From the NCBI GenBank assembly GCA_016182095.1, contig JACOXY010000011.1, positions 3,794 to 67,793 on the forward strand: a stretch of DNA of 64,000 nucleotides, written 5' to 3'. Below the pieces are notes generated by a model. That model had not been told where the DNA came from. It was given only the letters and a program-made list of their open reading frames with translations, and did not search any database. Source of the stretch: Candidatus Liptonbacteria bacterium (GTDB taxonomy: Bacteria; Patescibacteriota; Minisyncoccia; UBA6257; JACOXY01). The position numbers were made by a program, and so were the translations under genes. Shown one piece after another: positions 17,092 through 25,916 of this stretch (position 1 is its first letter; each line of letters begins with the position of its first letter).

Positions 17092-19225
17092 CTAATTTCA
17101 TTTTAGAAAAAATAAAGTAACAAGTGAATAACTGAAGCAAGCCGTTATAATCATCCTCCCAAGAAGGCTCACACTCAATAATATCGTTTAGTTCCGGGAT
17201 TAAACTCATGGCGATGTCGCCCACTTCTTGTTTCGAGATCACGCCGCACAGCTCAAGATACTGATGATCGTCTTCATAATAGCGGTTTGTGAAGAGCCCC
17301 TCGCACCGCGCAAGTTCCGTCAAAAACGGATCTACATTGACATTATTTTCAAATTTTAACTTAAGTATGAGATCCAAGTTAATTTCATCGCCTAAATTAT
17401 CAATGTCGTTCTTGCTTAAAACCGAGACAACTATATCCGCATGTTTTTCCTGGCTTTGGATATATTTTAACGAGTCCCCCTCTCGAGATTTTATCTGATT
17501 TAGCACTTTAGCTTTGTCATAACCTCGCTCTTTTGTGTCGCGAGAAACCTTCCAATGAGCGCGCAGTTCTTCTGACGGTTTAAGAAAAATCTTAAGATCA
17601 AATAGCGTCCTCATTCTATCCAAATAAAAAGAGTGAAGACCCTGAAATATTATAACCCTCCTGGCGCTCAACCTCTTCGGAATTGTGAATTTCCCGCTTT
17701 GATGGTCGTAGAAACTTCTTTGAATACTTACGCCCCCTTTAAGACTCGAGGCATTCGCAAGTTCCGCATGAAGACTATTGGCGCGCGGATCCAAGTGAGT
17801 GTACTTCGACCAGTTAGCGTCTCCACGCTCCCATTTGTGCATGTCATCTCCCTCTATAATTAAAGTGTTTTTTCTTCCAAAGGCGGCGGAAAGCAAGGTG
17901 GCAAAGGTATTTTTCCCGGCACCAGAATCCCCGGCTATTCCTATTAGATACGACTGATATTTAATTTTGTATTGGACATTGCTCTCAATTCCCCTCTTGT
18001 AGATCCACAAAATATTAACGAGTAGAGTTCCTTGAAGAAGCGTAAAAGCAATATTGACCAATTTTTCCGCATCGACGCCAATGCCGACCAGATACTCATA
18101 AAGATTCGGTCCATTTGCAAAATTCGGAGCAACCAACTGAAAGACCTGCGGGAAATCGGAACTCTTGGTTATTAAAAAGTAAATAAAGTAAAAAGCGTTA
18201 AGCAGTAAGAATGTGAATTTGGGAGCATTACCTTCTTTAATGTAAAAGTAGATAAAAAACGGAATAATCCAGTAATACCAGCCCGGCATAGGAGGGATGA
18301 AAAGAGTCAAAATACCAAAGCTAAAACCCAGAAACATAAGAAAAATGTCCCTATTAAAACTTTTATAGGTTAAGCTCTTTATAAGCAAAGCGAGGTAGGC
18401 AAGCGGAACAAAATATAAGACGAGCGAGTCGCTAAACTTATAATTAAAATCAAATATTTTTATCTGCTCTTTGTTATTTAAAACAATTTCCCTGAATGCT
18501 GGTGAATATAAATAATCAAGATTTATAAGGGCGAAAAGCACAATGGGCATAAGGGCCAAAACCACAGCGCGAACCCAATCAACTTTTTTAAGCAGTAAGT
18601 AAACAAAAGCAAACGGAATTACTAGTATCATACCGGTTTTTGCCGCTACCGCGAAGGAAAGCAAAAGGAATGATTGGACATACATCTCCTTGAACAAAAG
18701 ATAAAGCGCGGCAAACAAAAACATCATAGGAATTGCATCAAGCTGGCCGTGGACATAATTGATGTAGAATAAAATCGGAGAACACCAATAATATACAAGC
18801 ACTTTGTTTTGTTTATTTTTGAGCCATCTAGCAAGAATAATAAAAATAATGATATCGGCCGCGAGTATAGGTAGGCGGTAAATAAAGATATCTGAATTAG
18901 AAATGAGGTTAAAGTCCGATCCCAAGAATGTCGCGAGCACTACCCTGGGTATGCTTAAAATCCAAAGCATAACCCTAGGATACGGGAAGATATTAAGCTC
19001 GCCTAAACTGTAGAAAAAATCATAGGGATTCTGAAATCCACTTGCTACAAAATAATTTATAAATCGCGCGAAAAGCTTAACCAAAAAATCAGAGGCGAAT
19101 GTATAAGCAAAAACTATTTTCACCGCCAAAACACCCCAAAAAACTGGCGACTTTAAAATCACCAACTTAGAAGTTCCTTTTTTGTCGTAAAAAAATTGCG
19201 TGATGTTCGTCATAAGAATCACCAA
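17075..19225 (-). CDS. fusion protein: N-terminal polytopic membrane domain (~420 aa) + C-terminal PRK/uridine-kinase-family P-loop kinase
   Basis: About 11 predicted hydrophobic helices precede the GIAGDSGAGKNTFA Walker A motif typical of the phosphoribulokinase/uridine kinase family. Confidence 0.6.
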   Translation of the reverse strand: MVILMTNITQFFYDKKGTSKLVILKSPVFWGVLAVKIVFAYTFASDFLVKLFARFINYFVASGFQNPYDFFYSLGELNIFPYPRVMLWILSIPRVVLATFLGSDFNLISNSDIFIYRLPILAADIIIFIILARWLKNKQNKVLVYYWCSPILFYINYVHGQLDAIPMMFLFAALYLLFKEMYVQSFLLLSFAVAAKTGMILVIPFAFVYLLLKKVDWVRAVVLALMPIVLFALINLDYLYSPAFREIVLNNKEQIKIFDFNYKFSDSLVLYFVPLAYLALLIKSLTYKSFNRDIFLMFLGFSFGILTLFIPPMPGWYYWIIPFFIYFYIKEGNAPKFTFLLLNAFYFIYFLITKSSDFPQVFQLVAPNFANGPNLYEYLVGIGVDAEKLVNIAFTLLQGTLLVNILWIYKRGIESNVQYKIKYQSYLIGIAGDSGAGKNTFATLLSAAFGRKNTLIIEGDDMHKWERGDANWSKYTHLDPRANSLHAELANASSLKGGVSIQRSFYDHQSGKFTIPKRLSARRVIIFQGLHSFYLDRMRTLFDLKIFLKPSEELRAHWKVSRDTKERGYDKAKVLNQIKSREGDSLKYIQSQEKHADIVVSVLSKNDIDNLGDEINLDLILKLKFENNVNVDPFLTELARCEGLFTNRYYEDDHQYLELCGVISKQEVGDIAMSLIPELNDIIECEPSWEDDYNGLLQLFTCYFIFSKMKLDGQVF

Positions 19226-19254
19226 GGGAGAGCGGCGCCATTCCGGTTACGCGG

Positions 19255-19911
19255 TTATTTTTTAACTAAAACCGCTCTTAAGCCCGGCCCTTTCGCGCCC
19301 AGCATGTCGCGCTTATAGCTATCCCCCAGAACCATTACGTCGCCGCGCTTAAATCCAACCTTTTGAAGGGCAAGCTTAAAGATATGGGGGGCGGGTTTTT
19401 CCCTTCCCGCCTCCTCGGAGGATACAATAAAATCAATATATTTTGCAATCTTTAGAAGTTTAACCTTTTTGAATTGGATCCTGGCGGTTAGGTCGGTAAC
19501 TAAACAGATTTTAATATGATTCTCTTTGCATTCCTTTAAAAAACCCAGCGCCCCTTTTGCAAGCTTCATTTTTCCAAAAAAACTTTTCCAGTATAAAGTT
19601 TCCAAATCTAAAGTCAGATCAACATTTGTCTTCCCAAAATAATTTTCCAAAAGAGCCTGAAAATATAAAAGCCGAGAGTGGGAAGCGGCTTGAGTTGGAA
19701 TTCTTTTTTTAATCTTTTCTTTGGCTCTTTCATAAAATCGCAAAAAATCTTCGAATGAAAGTTTTTCTACTTTAGTAAATTTTTTATAACAAGCCAAAAT
19801 GGCATACTCATGACACGCGCGATAGTCGTAGAGAGTATTATCCAAGTCCAAAAGGATTGCCTTTGTTCCGCGAAGATTGATCTTTGAAAATTTCACGAGT
19901 TTTTGTTTCAT
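19255..19911 (-). CDS. HAD-superfamily hydrolase (phosphatase)
   Basis: ILLDLDNTLYD is HAD motif I, LVTDLT is motif II, and LGDSYKRDMLGA is motif IV. Confidence 0.65.
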   Translation of the reverse strand: MKQKLVKFSKINLRGTKAILLDLDNTLYDYRACHEYAILACYKKFTKVEKLSFEDFLRFYERAKEKIKKRIPTQAASHSRLLYFQALLENYFGKTNVDLTLDLETLYWKSFFGKMKLAKGALGFLKECKENHIKICLVTDLTARIQFKKVKLLKIAKYIDFIVSSEEAGREKPAPHIFKLALQKVGFKRGDVMVLGDSYKRDMLGAKGPGLRAVLVKK

Positions 19912-21491
19912 TTCTTTTTGCTTGAGGGACAGTCGTAGATACTGAAAGCATAGCCTGGCATAATTCCGGTTTCGGTTATGGGAAGGCCGAAAACTAATGG
20001 CTCTTTGCGTATGAAAAAATCGTTTGTCTTACGGCAATAATCCCAATTTGCCGGAAGCTCTTTCCAGCCGTTAAATCCTTCTCGCATTATGGTGATGCCA
20101 GTAGGATACAAAACATCCGGAACCTGATTCCAAAGACGCATTGGCCCATAATTTTCCGAAATAGCCCAGATTGTTGAATCAACATTAAGGCGCTCATCAG
20201 GATTCAGAGAAAGTTCTTTAAAAATCGCCCGAGCTTCTCTTAAAGACATCCCATCTTTAATAAAGAACGGAAAGAGCGTGAGGCGCTGAAAAAAGAATAC
20301 CGAACCCGCCACAATAACGATAAAGGCAACACTTTTTAAAATTATTGAATGACTATAATTTGTTGTCCAGTGAACAATAACCAAAAAGAAAAGGGGGGCT
20401 ATAGAAAATAAGTATTGGGCGCCGGGTCTTATGAAAATAAAATAAGAAAATATCGCCGCTGTTAATATGACGAAAAAATGCCAAAGGATTGGGGAGGGAG
20501 CGTGCTTTCTGTGCCGTGAGTACCAGAAACTCATACATAGTATGGCAAGCGCTACAATTCTTCCGGGAGAAACAGCGCCCAGTGGAGAAAAATCGGAAAG
20601 AAAGGGCTTGATTACTCCGCTTCGGGTAGTCGCCTTTTGTAATACCGGTTCCACACTGCGCCCCAAAACCACTCTGTCAATATATTCCTGCGCCCCCAGT
20701 TGGGAATTAAGCTGTGAAAAATGGTGGTACATTCCTTTTGTTGTCGGCGCCAATCCATAGCCAAAGACTTCAAGTACAAAAACAAAAGTAAAAAGCGATA
20801 CCATGAGGGCGGAAAGGCCGTATGCTAATGCTTTTTTAGGAGGGTGATAAAAAGCAAAAAAAAGACCAATTAGCGGAGCGAAGAGAATGGCGGAAGCCGG
20901 ATTTGTTGCTAGAGCCAATCCCAGCAAGAAACCGAAGAAAAGCCATAGCCATCTTAGTCGCGGCCCCAATAACCCAAGCAAAGCCAATGAGATGAGAAGC
21001 CGAGAAAGCGTTTCTGGTCTGCCAGAGTCAAAAATAATTGCGCTCGCAAGAGCAAATAATGTTGCTATATAGATAGCGACACCATACCAAGATATTTCTT
21101 GCCAGTCGGAAATTATAACTTTTTTGTAAATGACAGCCGCCGCGATAATGGTAATGGCGTAAAGAATAAAAATGGCAATATGCGCTCCTTGGGAAGTGCC
21201 AGTGGGCATAAGCCAGCTAATCACCAAGGGGAATAGTGGTGGGGATATCAAGTGTCTGCCGGTACCCGATAGATCACCAACCAGAAACTGGGGCGATAGT
21301 TGATTTACAAGTCCGCGATCCAACCTGTGATTGATGGCAGACGGAATGTAGTAGGCGGAATCACCGCCCAAAACCGGGTAAGCATTTAAGGCAAAAATAA
21401 AAAGAGTAACGATAATTAATATCGGGACAATCGTTATTAGTACCAACTTGATGTTGTTCGCTGTAAATCGCGACAAATAGTTTAACTCCAT
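19908..21491 (-). CDS. polytopic membrane protein with C-terminal soluble domain (candidate GT-C-type glycosyltransferase/polymerase), paralog 1
   Basis: More than 10 hydrophobic helices. The N-terminal block NAYPVLGGDSAYYIPSAINH and the C-terminal domain are shared with 34359..35921; YGGD is also found in 41990..43255. Confidence 0.45.
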   Translation of the reverse strand: MELNYLSRFTANNIKLVLITIVPILIIVTLFIFALNAYPVLGGDSAYYIPSAINHRLDRGLVNQLSPQFLVGDLSGTGRHLISPPLFPLVISWLMPTGTSQGAHIAIFILYAITIIAAAVIYKKVIISDWQEISWYGVAIYIATLFALASAIIFDSGRPETLSRLLISLALLGLLGPRLRWLWLFFGFLLGLALATNPASAILFAPLIGLFFAFYHPPKKALAYGLSALMVSLFTFVFVLEVFGYGLAPTTKGMYHHFSQLNSQLGAQEYIDRVVLGRSVEPVLQKATTRSGVIKPFLSDFSPLGAVSPGRIVALAILCMSFWYSRHRKHAPSPILWHFFVILTAAIFSYFIFIRPGAQYLFSIAPLFFLVIVHWTTNYSHSIILKSVAFIVIVAGSVFFFQRLTLFPFFIKDGMSLREARAIFKELSLNPDERLNVDSTIWAISENYGPMRLWNQVPDVLYPTGITIMREGFNGWKELPANWDYCRKTNDFFIRKEPLVFGLPITETGIMPGYAFSIYDCPSSKKK

Positions 21492-21508
21492 ATAAATTTA
21501 AAATTAGT

Positions 21509-22915
21509 TTATGGAAGCCAGTTGTTCCTGAATTTGTTTTCGTTTTTACTAATTTTCTCGAAGAGGGCAGTAACGCGAGAAGCCGATAATTCATGATTAA
21601 CATGCAGGTGGATGTAAAGCTGGTCCACAAGATAAAGCAGAAAAAAGTAATAAGCATCGCCTTTTTCTATATTCCAAAACTTGAGCATGCAGTCTAAAAT
21701 GCTTTGAATCTTAGTATTTTTTATAAAAAATAAATCTTGGATATTTCGTTCATATAACTCCACATAATTACCTTTTTTAAATCTACCGCCGCTTATTATC
21801 AAACTGTACAAATCGAAAATCTGCGGGAAGCCAAATCTCGCCTGCTCCCAGTCTATGACAAAAAACTTAGAACTTAGAACATTGAACATTGAACTGCTGG
21901 GGGCGGCAACACAAAGCATCTCAAAAAATGGAAACTCTCTCTTGGTAAGAGAAAAAATAAATGATTTGCTGTTTAAATTATCAACAGCTTTATCAAAAAA
22001 ATATTTTATCGACTTAAATCGTTCGTTGCTCATTTTTGATTGCAAAAATGAGAGTTCGCTTTGTATTTCGTTATAAAAATTAGATTCAGTAAAAATCTTT
22101 TCCTCTTTGGTTTTATCTGATAGTTTTTTTAAAAAATCAAGGTGGCAATTTTTAATAGCATCAATCCCGCGCGTACCACCAAACATTCCAACATTCTGCC
22201 CTAATTGGCCGAGCCAACGGGCTTTAGGCCCTAATTGGCCGAGCCAACGGGCTTTAGGCCCTAATTGGCCGAGCCAACGGGCTTTAGGCCCTAATTGGCC
22301 GAGCCAACGGGCTTTAGGCAGAATGTTGGAATGTTTGGTCTCTGATGATGGTGGTGGTGGGGAGAGAATTATGACAAGCGCTCCGCGAAAATAATCTTTG
22401 GCGAGTACCCGAGGAAAAGAAAATCCTGGTATATCTAATTTTTGTAAATAATCGAGGATTTTGGCTTCGTTCTCGCCATAAATCTCGCTTTCACGGCCAG
22501 GAAAATAAACTTTAGCGACACTCAAAAGCTTGCCGCTTTTTTCGCCAAAAATGGGAAGTATATATTTTCTGGAACCGGAGTAAACTGAAAAAGTGACCGG
22601 CTCTTCGAATTTGGTTTTAGAGGCGAGAAAAGAAAAAATCTCTTCGTTTTTGTCTACAAAAACTTTTTTTCTAAAAACAAACCACCAAACAAAATCAAGA
22701 TTAAAAATCCTTAAAAGAGTTATTTTGGCCTTACTCCAAAAATCTTTGCCTTTGTAAAGATAAAATTCTCTTAATGCGGCGGCTCGGAGATGCTTCGCGC
22801 CAAAAGGCAAAGCCACTCCGCTTTTTAAAAATTCACCGCTTAGCACCACGAATCGCGCCTCGCTAAAGCTACGAGATTTTTTTATATCTACTTTCTCAAA
22901 CAAATTCCACGGCAT
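21509..22915 (-). CDS. choline/aminoglycoside-kinase-like (APH-fold) protein carrying an in-frame 54-codon repeat insertion
   Basis: FFVIDWEQARFGFPQIFDL resembles the IDxE...FD block of choline kinase/APH. The expected HxDxxxxN catalytic motif is not evident. A 4x GPKARWLGQL repeat is encoded by the Family-1 element. Confidence 0.45.
   Translation of the reverse strand: MPWNLFEKVDIKKSRSFSEARFVVLSGEFLKSGVALPFGAKHLRAAALREFYLYKGKDFWSKAKITLLRIFNLDFVWWFVFRKKVFVDKNEEIFSFLASKTKFEEPVTFSVYSGSRKYILPIFGEKSGKLLSVAKVYFPGRESEIYGENEAKILDYLQKLDIPGFSFPRVLAKDYFRGALVIILSPPPPSSETKHSNILPKARWLGQLGPKARWLGQLGPKARWLGQLGPKARWLGQLGQNVGMFGGTRGIDAIKNCHLDFLKKLSDKTKEEKIFTESNFYNEIQSELSFLQSKMSNERFKSIKYFFDKAVDNLNSKSFIFSLTKREFPFFEMLCVAAPSSSMFNVLSSKFFVIDWEQARFGFPQIFDLYSLIISGGRFKKGNYVELYERNIQDLFFIKNTKIQSILDCMLKFWNIEKGDAYYFFLLYLVDQLYIHLHVNHELSASRVTALFEKISKNENKFRNNWLP
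22178..22339. repeat. Family-1 palindromic element, copy D: 23 bp perfect inverted arms around 4 x 30 bp tandem repeats (162 bp total), in-frame within a CDS
   Basis: Arms accaaacattccaacattctgcc / ggcagaatgttggaatgtttggt. The interior is (ctaattggccgagccaacgggctttaggcc)x4. Its length is a multiple of 3 and the host ORF stays open. Confidence 0.85.
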
Positions 22916-22990
22916 AATAATGCACCCCTATTTTACCCTAAGCGGAGAGGAATGAAAAGAAAAGCTTTTGTTGTGAATTTTTCGCCGGAA

Positions 22991-23021
22991 CATAAAACAC
23001 ATAGGTGTTACCTATGTGTTT
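22991..23021 (-). terminator. rho-independent terminator for the LbH acetyltransferase gene
   Basis: 10 bp stem aacacatagg/cctatgtgtt with a 5 nt loop, followed by a T-run on the minus-strand transcript. Confidence 0.5.
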
Positions 23022-23045
23022 GAACCCAGACATCGCCTTTTTGTA

Positions 23046-23669
23046 TCACCTGTATTCCTTGTATTCATGTATGTCATCTATCATTTTTACCTGCTTTGCG
23101 GGATTTCCCACCACCACTGCTCGTGGCGCGACAGCTTTCGTAACTACAGCTCCAGAGCCCACCAACGCACACTCGCCAATCACCACTCCAGGCATGAGCG
23201 TCGAATTCGCGCCCACAATCGCCCGGCGCTTTATCGTTACTCCCCGCAAACTTTCTTTTGTTGTCGGAAGATTCGGATAAGATGCATTCGTAATCACAAC
23301 ATTCGGCCCCACCCAGCATCCTTCCTCAAGAGTCGTGTACTCCGGCACAAAAGCCTGCGTGTGAATGCGGACACCATTTCCTATTTTAACGTGATGCTCA
23401 ACCACAGAGAGAGTGCCGATGCTTACGCTATCTCCGATGTCATTTAACTCTCTTACATTCACCTTGTTCCCCGTCTGAAAATTATTGCCAATCTTGTTTC
23501 CGGCGTAAATTACCGTATGCGAACGAATCACGGCATTGTCACCAATCACCGTTTCGAGTTCGCCCGATTTCGTTCCCCGCGGCGGCGCGCCGACGACTAC
23601 AAAGTCTTCAACAAAGCAGTTTTCCCCCAACTTCACGTTTTCGTGAATAATTGCTGTTTTGCTTATCAT
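23046..23669 (-). CDS. left-handed beta-helix (hexapeptide-repeat) sugar N/O-acetyltransferase
   Basis: Multiple [LIV]-G-x-x-x-x hexapeptide repeats (IGDNAVIRSHTVIYAGNKIGNN...) of WbbJ/PglD-like type. Confidence 0.75.
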   Translation of the reverse strand: MISKTAIIHENVKLGENCFVEDFVVVGAPPRGTKSGELETVIGDNAVIRSHTVIYAGNKIGNNFQTGNKVNVRELNDIGDSVSIGTLSVVEHHVKIGNGVRIHTQAFVPEYTTLEEGCWVGPNVVITNASYPNLPTTKESLRGVTIKRRAIVGANSTLMPGVVIGECALVGSGAVVTKAVAPRAVVVGNPAKQVKMIDDIHEYKEYR

Positions 23670-23801
23670 GTTTTTTGTTTCCTTCCTTAATAAATAACTC
23701 TATATAGAGTAAAGCATACTCTCTCTATCTTTGCAAACTGGACAAGGATTGTGTTTCATGCTATAAAGCATTCAGTAACTCGGGTCCTAAAGGAGTAGCG
23801 C

Positions 23802-24593
23802 GTGACTAGAACAGAGAGCGTTTTTGCGTCCATTGATTCACATGTGATAGCGTGGCCTATTTGCAATCTTCAGATAAGAACAAGGGGGCAATACGTCCCC
23901 GTGGAAAAAGTCAGAGACCACATTGCCGCGCGGCTTCGAGAAAATCCTCTGAAATTCGATGGCGTTTCCTGGAGACTTTGGTCCTCTTGCTACAACAACT
24001 CAACCGGGAAGCTTACACTCGACGTCGGAGTGGGACGATACAGCCAATATCGATATACAAATCTGGATCCCGAATTTCGCAGAATGTTTCCGGATCAGAG
24101 GTTGTGGTTTAATACACTAGCGCTCGGGACACTTGTAATCACCGTGGACAATAAGATCTACTTCTCCCGTCGGCCGCAAGATGCGCAACTTTCGCCAGGA
24201 CGATGGGATATCCCATGCGGGCACCCCAGCACATTTGAGCAAGCTCCAACATCAGATACAATCTTTGATGCCGTCCGCGTTGTAACCGATAAAGACGTGG
24301 AGCTTCCGCTCCGGTATGAGTTCATTCGCCCACTCATCCAAATCAGAGAAGAGCCAAAGTATGCAGATGATCTGGTGTTCGTAGCTTCGGTGAGACAGAC
24401 AAGCCAGCAGATTAAAGAAGCGCAAAAACCGGGAAGAGAAATCTCTTTCATTGACTGCGAGGCGGATTCCGTCGCACTGTTCTTGAGAGAAAATACAAAC
24501 CTCTCGCGCCCAGTGTACCTTTCTCTCTCTTATTTCGGGAGAGGCGAGTGCGGAGAGGACTGGTTCCGGCAATTTTGTAAGCACGAGAATTAA
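23802..24593 (+). CDS. hypothetical protein (263 aa), GTG start
   Basis: ORF with an aaaggag SD 7 nt before the GTG and a strong terminator after the stop. GC looks higher than the surroundings by eye. No family recognised. Confidence 0.4.
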   Translation: MTRTESVFASIDSHVIAWPICNLQIRTRGQYVPVEKVRDHIAARLRENPLKFDGVSWRLWSSCYNNSTGKLTLDVGVGRYSQYRYTNLDPEFRRMFPDQRLWFNTLALGTLVITVDNKIYFSRRPQDAQLSPGRWDIPCGHPSTFEQAPTSDTIFDAVRVVTDKDVELPLRYEFIRPLIQIREEPKYADDLVFVASVRQTSQQIKEAQKPGREISFIDCEADSVALFLRENTNLSRPVYLSLSYFGRGECGEDWFRQFCKHEN

Positions 24594-24597
24594 CCAA

Positions 24598-24630
24598 AAC
24601 GCCCGCGGCAAAAGCCCGGGCGTTTTTTTA
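24598..24630. terminator. bidirectional rho-independent terminator
   Basis: Stem aacgcccg/cgggcgtt with an 11 nt loop followed by ttttttt; the reverse complement is also followed by a T-rich tract, serving the convergent gene 24650..25342. Confidence 0.55.
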
Positions 24631-24649
24631 TTGTGCTCTCCACCTAAAA

Positions 24650-25342
24650 CTACACAACTTTTTTGAGCATAAACTTTTCTCCTTGCTCATAGACACCACC
24701 GCGCACATAGGTGAGCGGCAAGATCAAACATCCTTTCTGAATAAGCGTTCCCGGATCGCAGACCGCGGAACATCCAAGCTTTGTGCCATCGCCCAAAACC
24801 GCGCCAAACGACTTGCGCCCCGTATCTACTCCTCCTACCCGGACAGTAGTCATCGTAATCTTTGTATTCGCAAGTTGGGTACCAGCGCCTACCGTGGCAT
24901 TGTTCCCAAAAATGCTGTCTCCAATGTAGTTAAAATGCGATGCCTGCGAACCATCGAGCATGATGGTATTTTTGGCCTCCGTAGAGTTTCCGATAATACA
25001 TTTTTCTCCCGTAATCACTGGGCCTCGGATAAACGCCCCAGGACCTACAATTGACCTGGGACCAATAAACACAGGCCCGCGAATGTATGCTGTAGACTCC
25101 ACAATCGCACCATCGGAAATTATAATATTGTCGCCGTAAAGCTTAGCGCCTACACGCACCTCGCCTTTGATGCGTCCTCCGGCGGAAATGCTTTCAATTA
25201 ACTTCATGAGGTATTCATCAAGGTTGTTCAGCGCGTCCCATACAGTCTCGCTTTTATCAAAAAGCGCTTTGTGGATATATTTCGAGAGATCGAAGTAGGT
25301 TTCGGGGGCAAAGTTCTTTTTCATATCTTGATTATTCCACAC
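24650..25342 (-). CDS. hexapeptide-repeat (LbH) transferase, GlmU-C-terminal-like
   Basis: After a ~70 aa N-terminal region there are tandem hexapeptide repeats (IRGPVFIGPRSIVGPGAFIRGPVITG...). Confidence 0.55.
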   Translation of the reverse strand: MWNNQDMKKNFAPETYFDLSKYIHKALFDKSETVWDALNNLDEYLMKLIESISAGGRIKGEVRVGAKLYGDNIIISDGAIVESTAYIRGPVFIGPRSIVGPGAFIRGPVITGEKCIIGNSTEAKNTIMLDGSQASHFNYIGDSIFGNNATVGAGTQLANTKITMTTVRVGGVDTGRKSFGAVLGDGTKLGCSAVCDPGTLIQKGCLILPLTYVRGGVYEQGEKFMLKKVV

Positions 25343-25916
25343 TTTTGCGGTTTTTCATATATTTTTTCGCGAACTCCCAGGCAACAATACTCTGCCCATC
25401 AAATATTTTCCCGCTTGCAATCAAGCGGTCAACCTTACCGGGCGAGCATTCGATAGTTCGAATATCCTGTTCTGCCTCTTCGCGGCTGTGAGCCCCCCGA
25501 GAAAGACCGGATGCCAGGAACACACTCGTCCACTCGTTCGTAACGCCATTGTAGGGGCAAAACCCGCCTATTTTTTTTGTCACGCGCGCCGAAAAGCCGG
25601 TTTCTTCTTTAAGCTCCCTCACTGCCGCGACACGAGGAATTTCGCCTCTTCCCACTCCGCCACCCGGGAACTCAATGCTTTCGCGCCCCAAAAGATATCG
25701 GTACTGCCTCAAAAGAAGCACGTTCCCGCCCTGAAGCACCGGCACGATGAAGACCCCGCCTTCGGAATGATGGTAGTAGTAACTTCCCATTTTACCGCTT
25801 GGAAGCACAAACCGGTCTTCCTTAAACACCGACCATGGAGTCGTTTTAAACGAACGCGAAGAAACCGTCGCGTACGGCTTTTGCTGGTTTCGTTTTTGTG
25901 CTCGTCTCTTTTTCAT
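25332..25916 (-). CDS. NUDIX hydrolase; start reassigned to the MKKRR ATG at 25916, which overlaps the upstream stop by 4 bp
   Basis: Nudix box [27 protein letters not shown] (Gx5Ex7REUxEExGU). Confidence 0.65.
   Translation of the reverse strand: MKKRRAQKRNQQKPYATVSSRSFKTTPWSVFKEDRFVLPSGKMGSYYYHHSEGGVFIVPVLQGGNVLLLRQYRYLLGRESIEFPGGGVGRGEIPRVAAVRELKEETGFSARVTKKIGGFCPYNGVTNEWTSVFLASGLSRGAHSREEAEQDIRTIECSPGKVDRLIASGKIFDGQSIVAWEFAKKYMKNRKSVE

Noticed and set aside
22201-22320. The four exact 30 bp direct repeats could be read as a mini CRISPR array.
   Set aside because: The units abut with no spacers and sit inside an open reading frame, flanked by inverted repeats. This is a tandem repeat within a palindromic element, not a repeat-spacer array. 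No cas genes are present.
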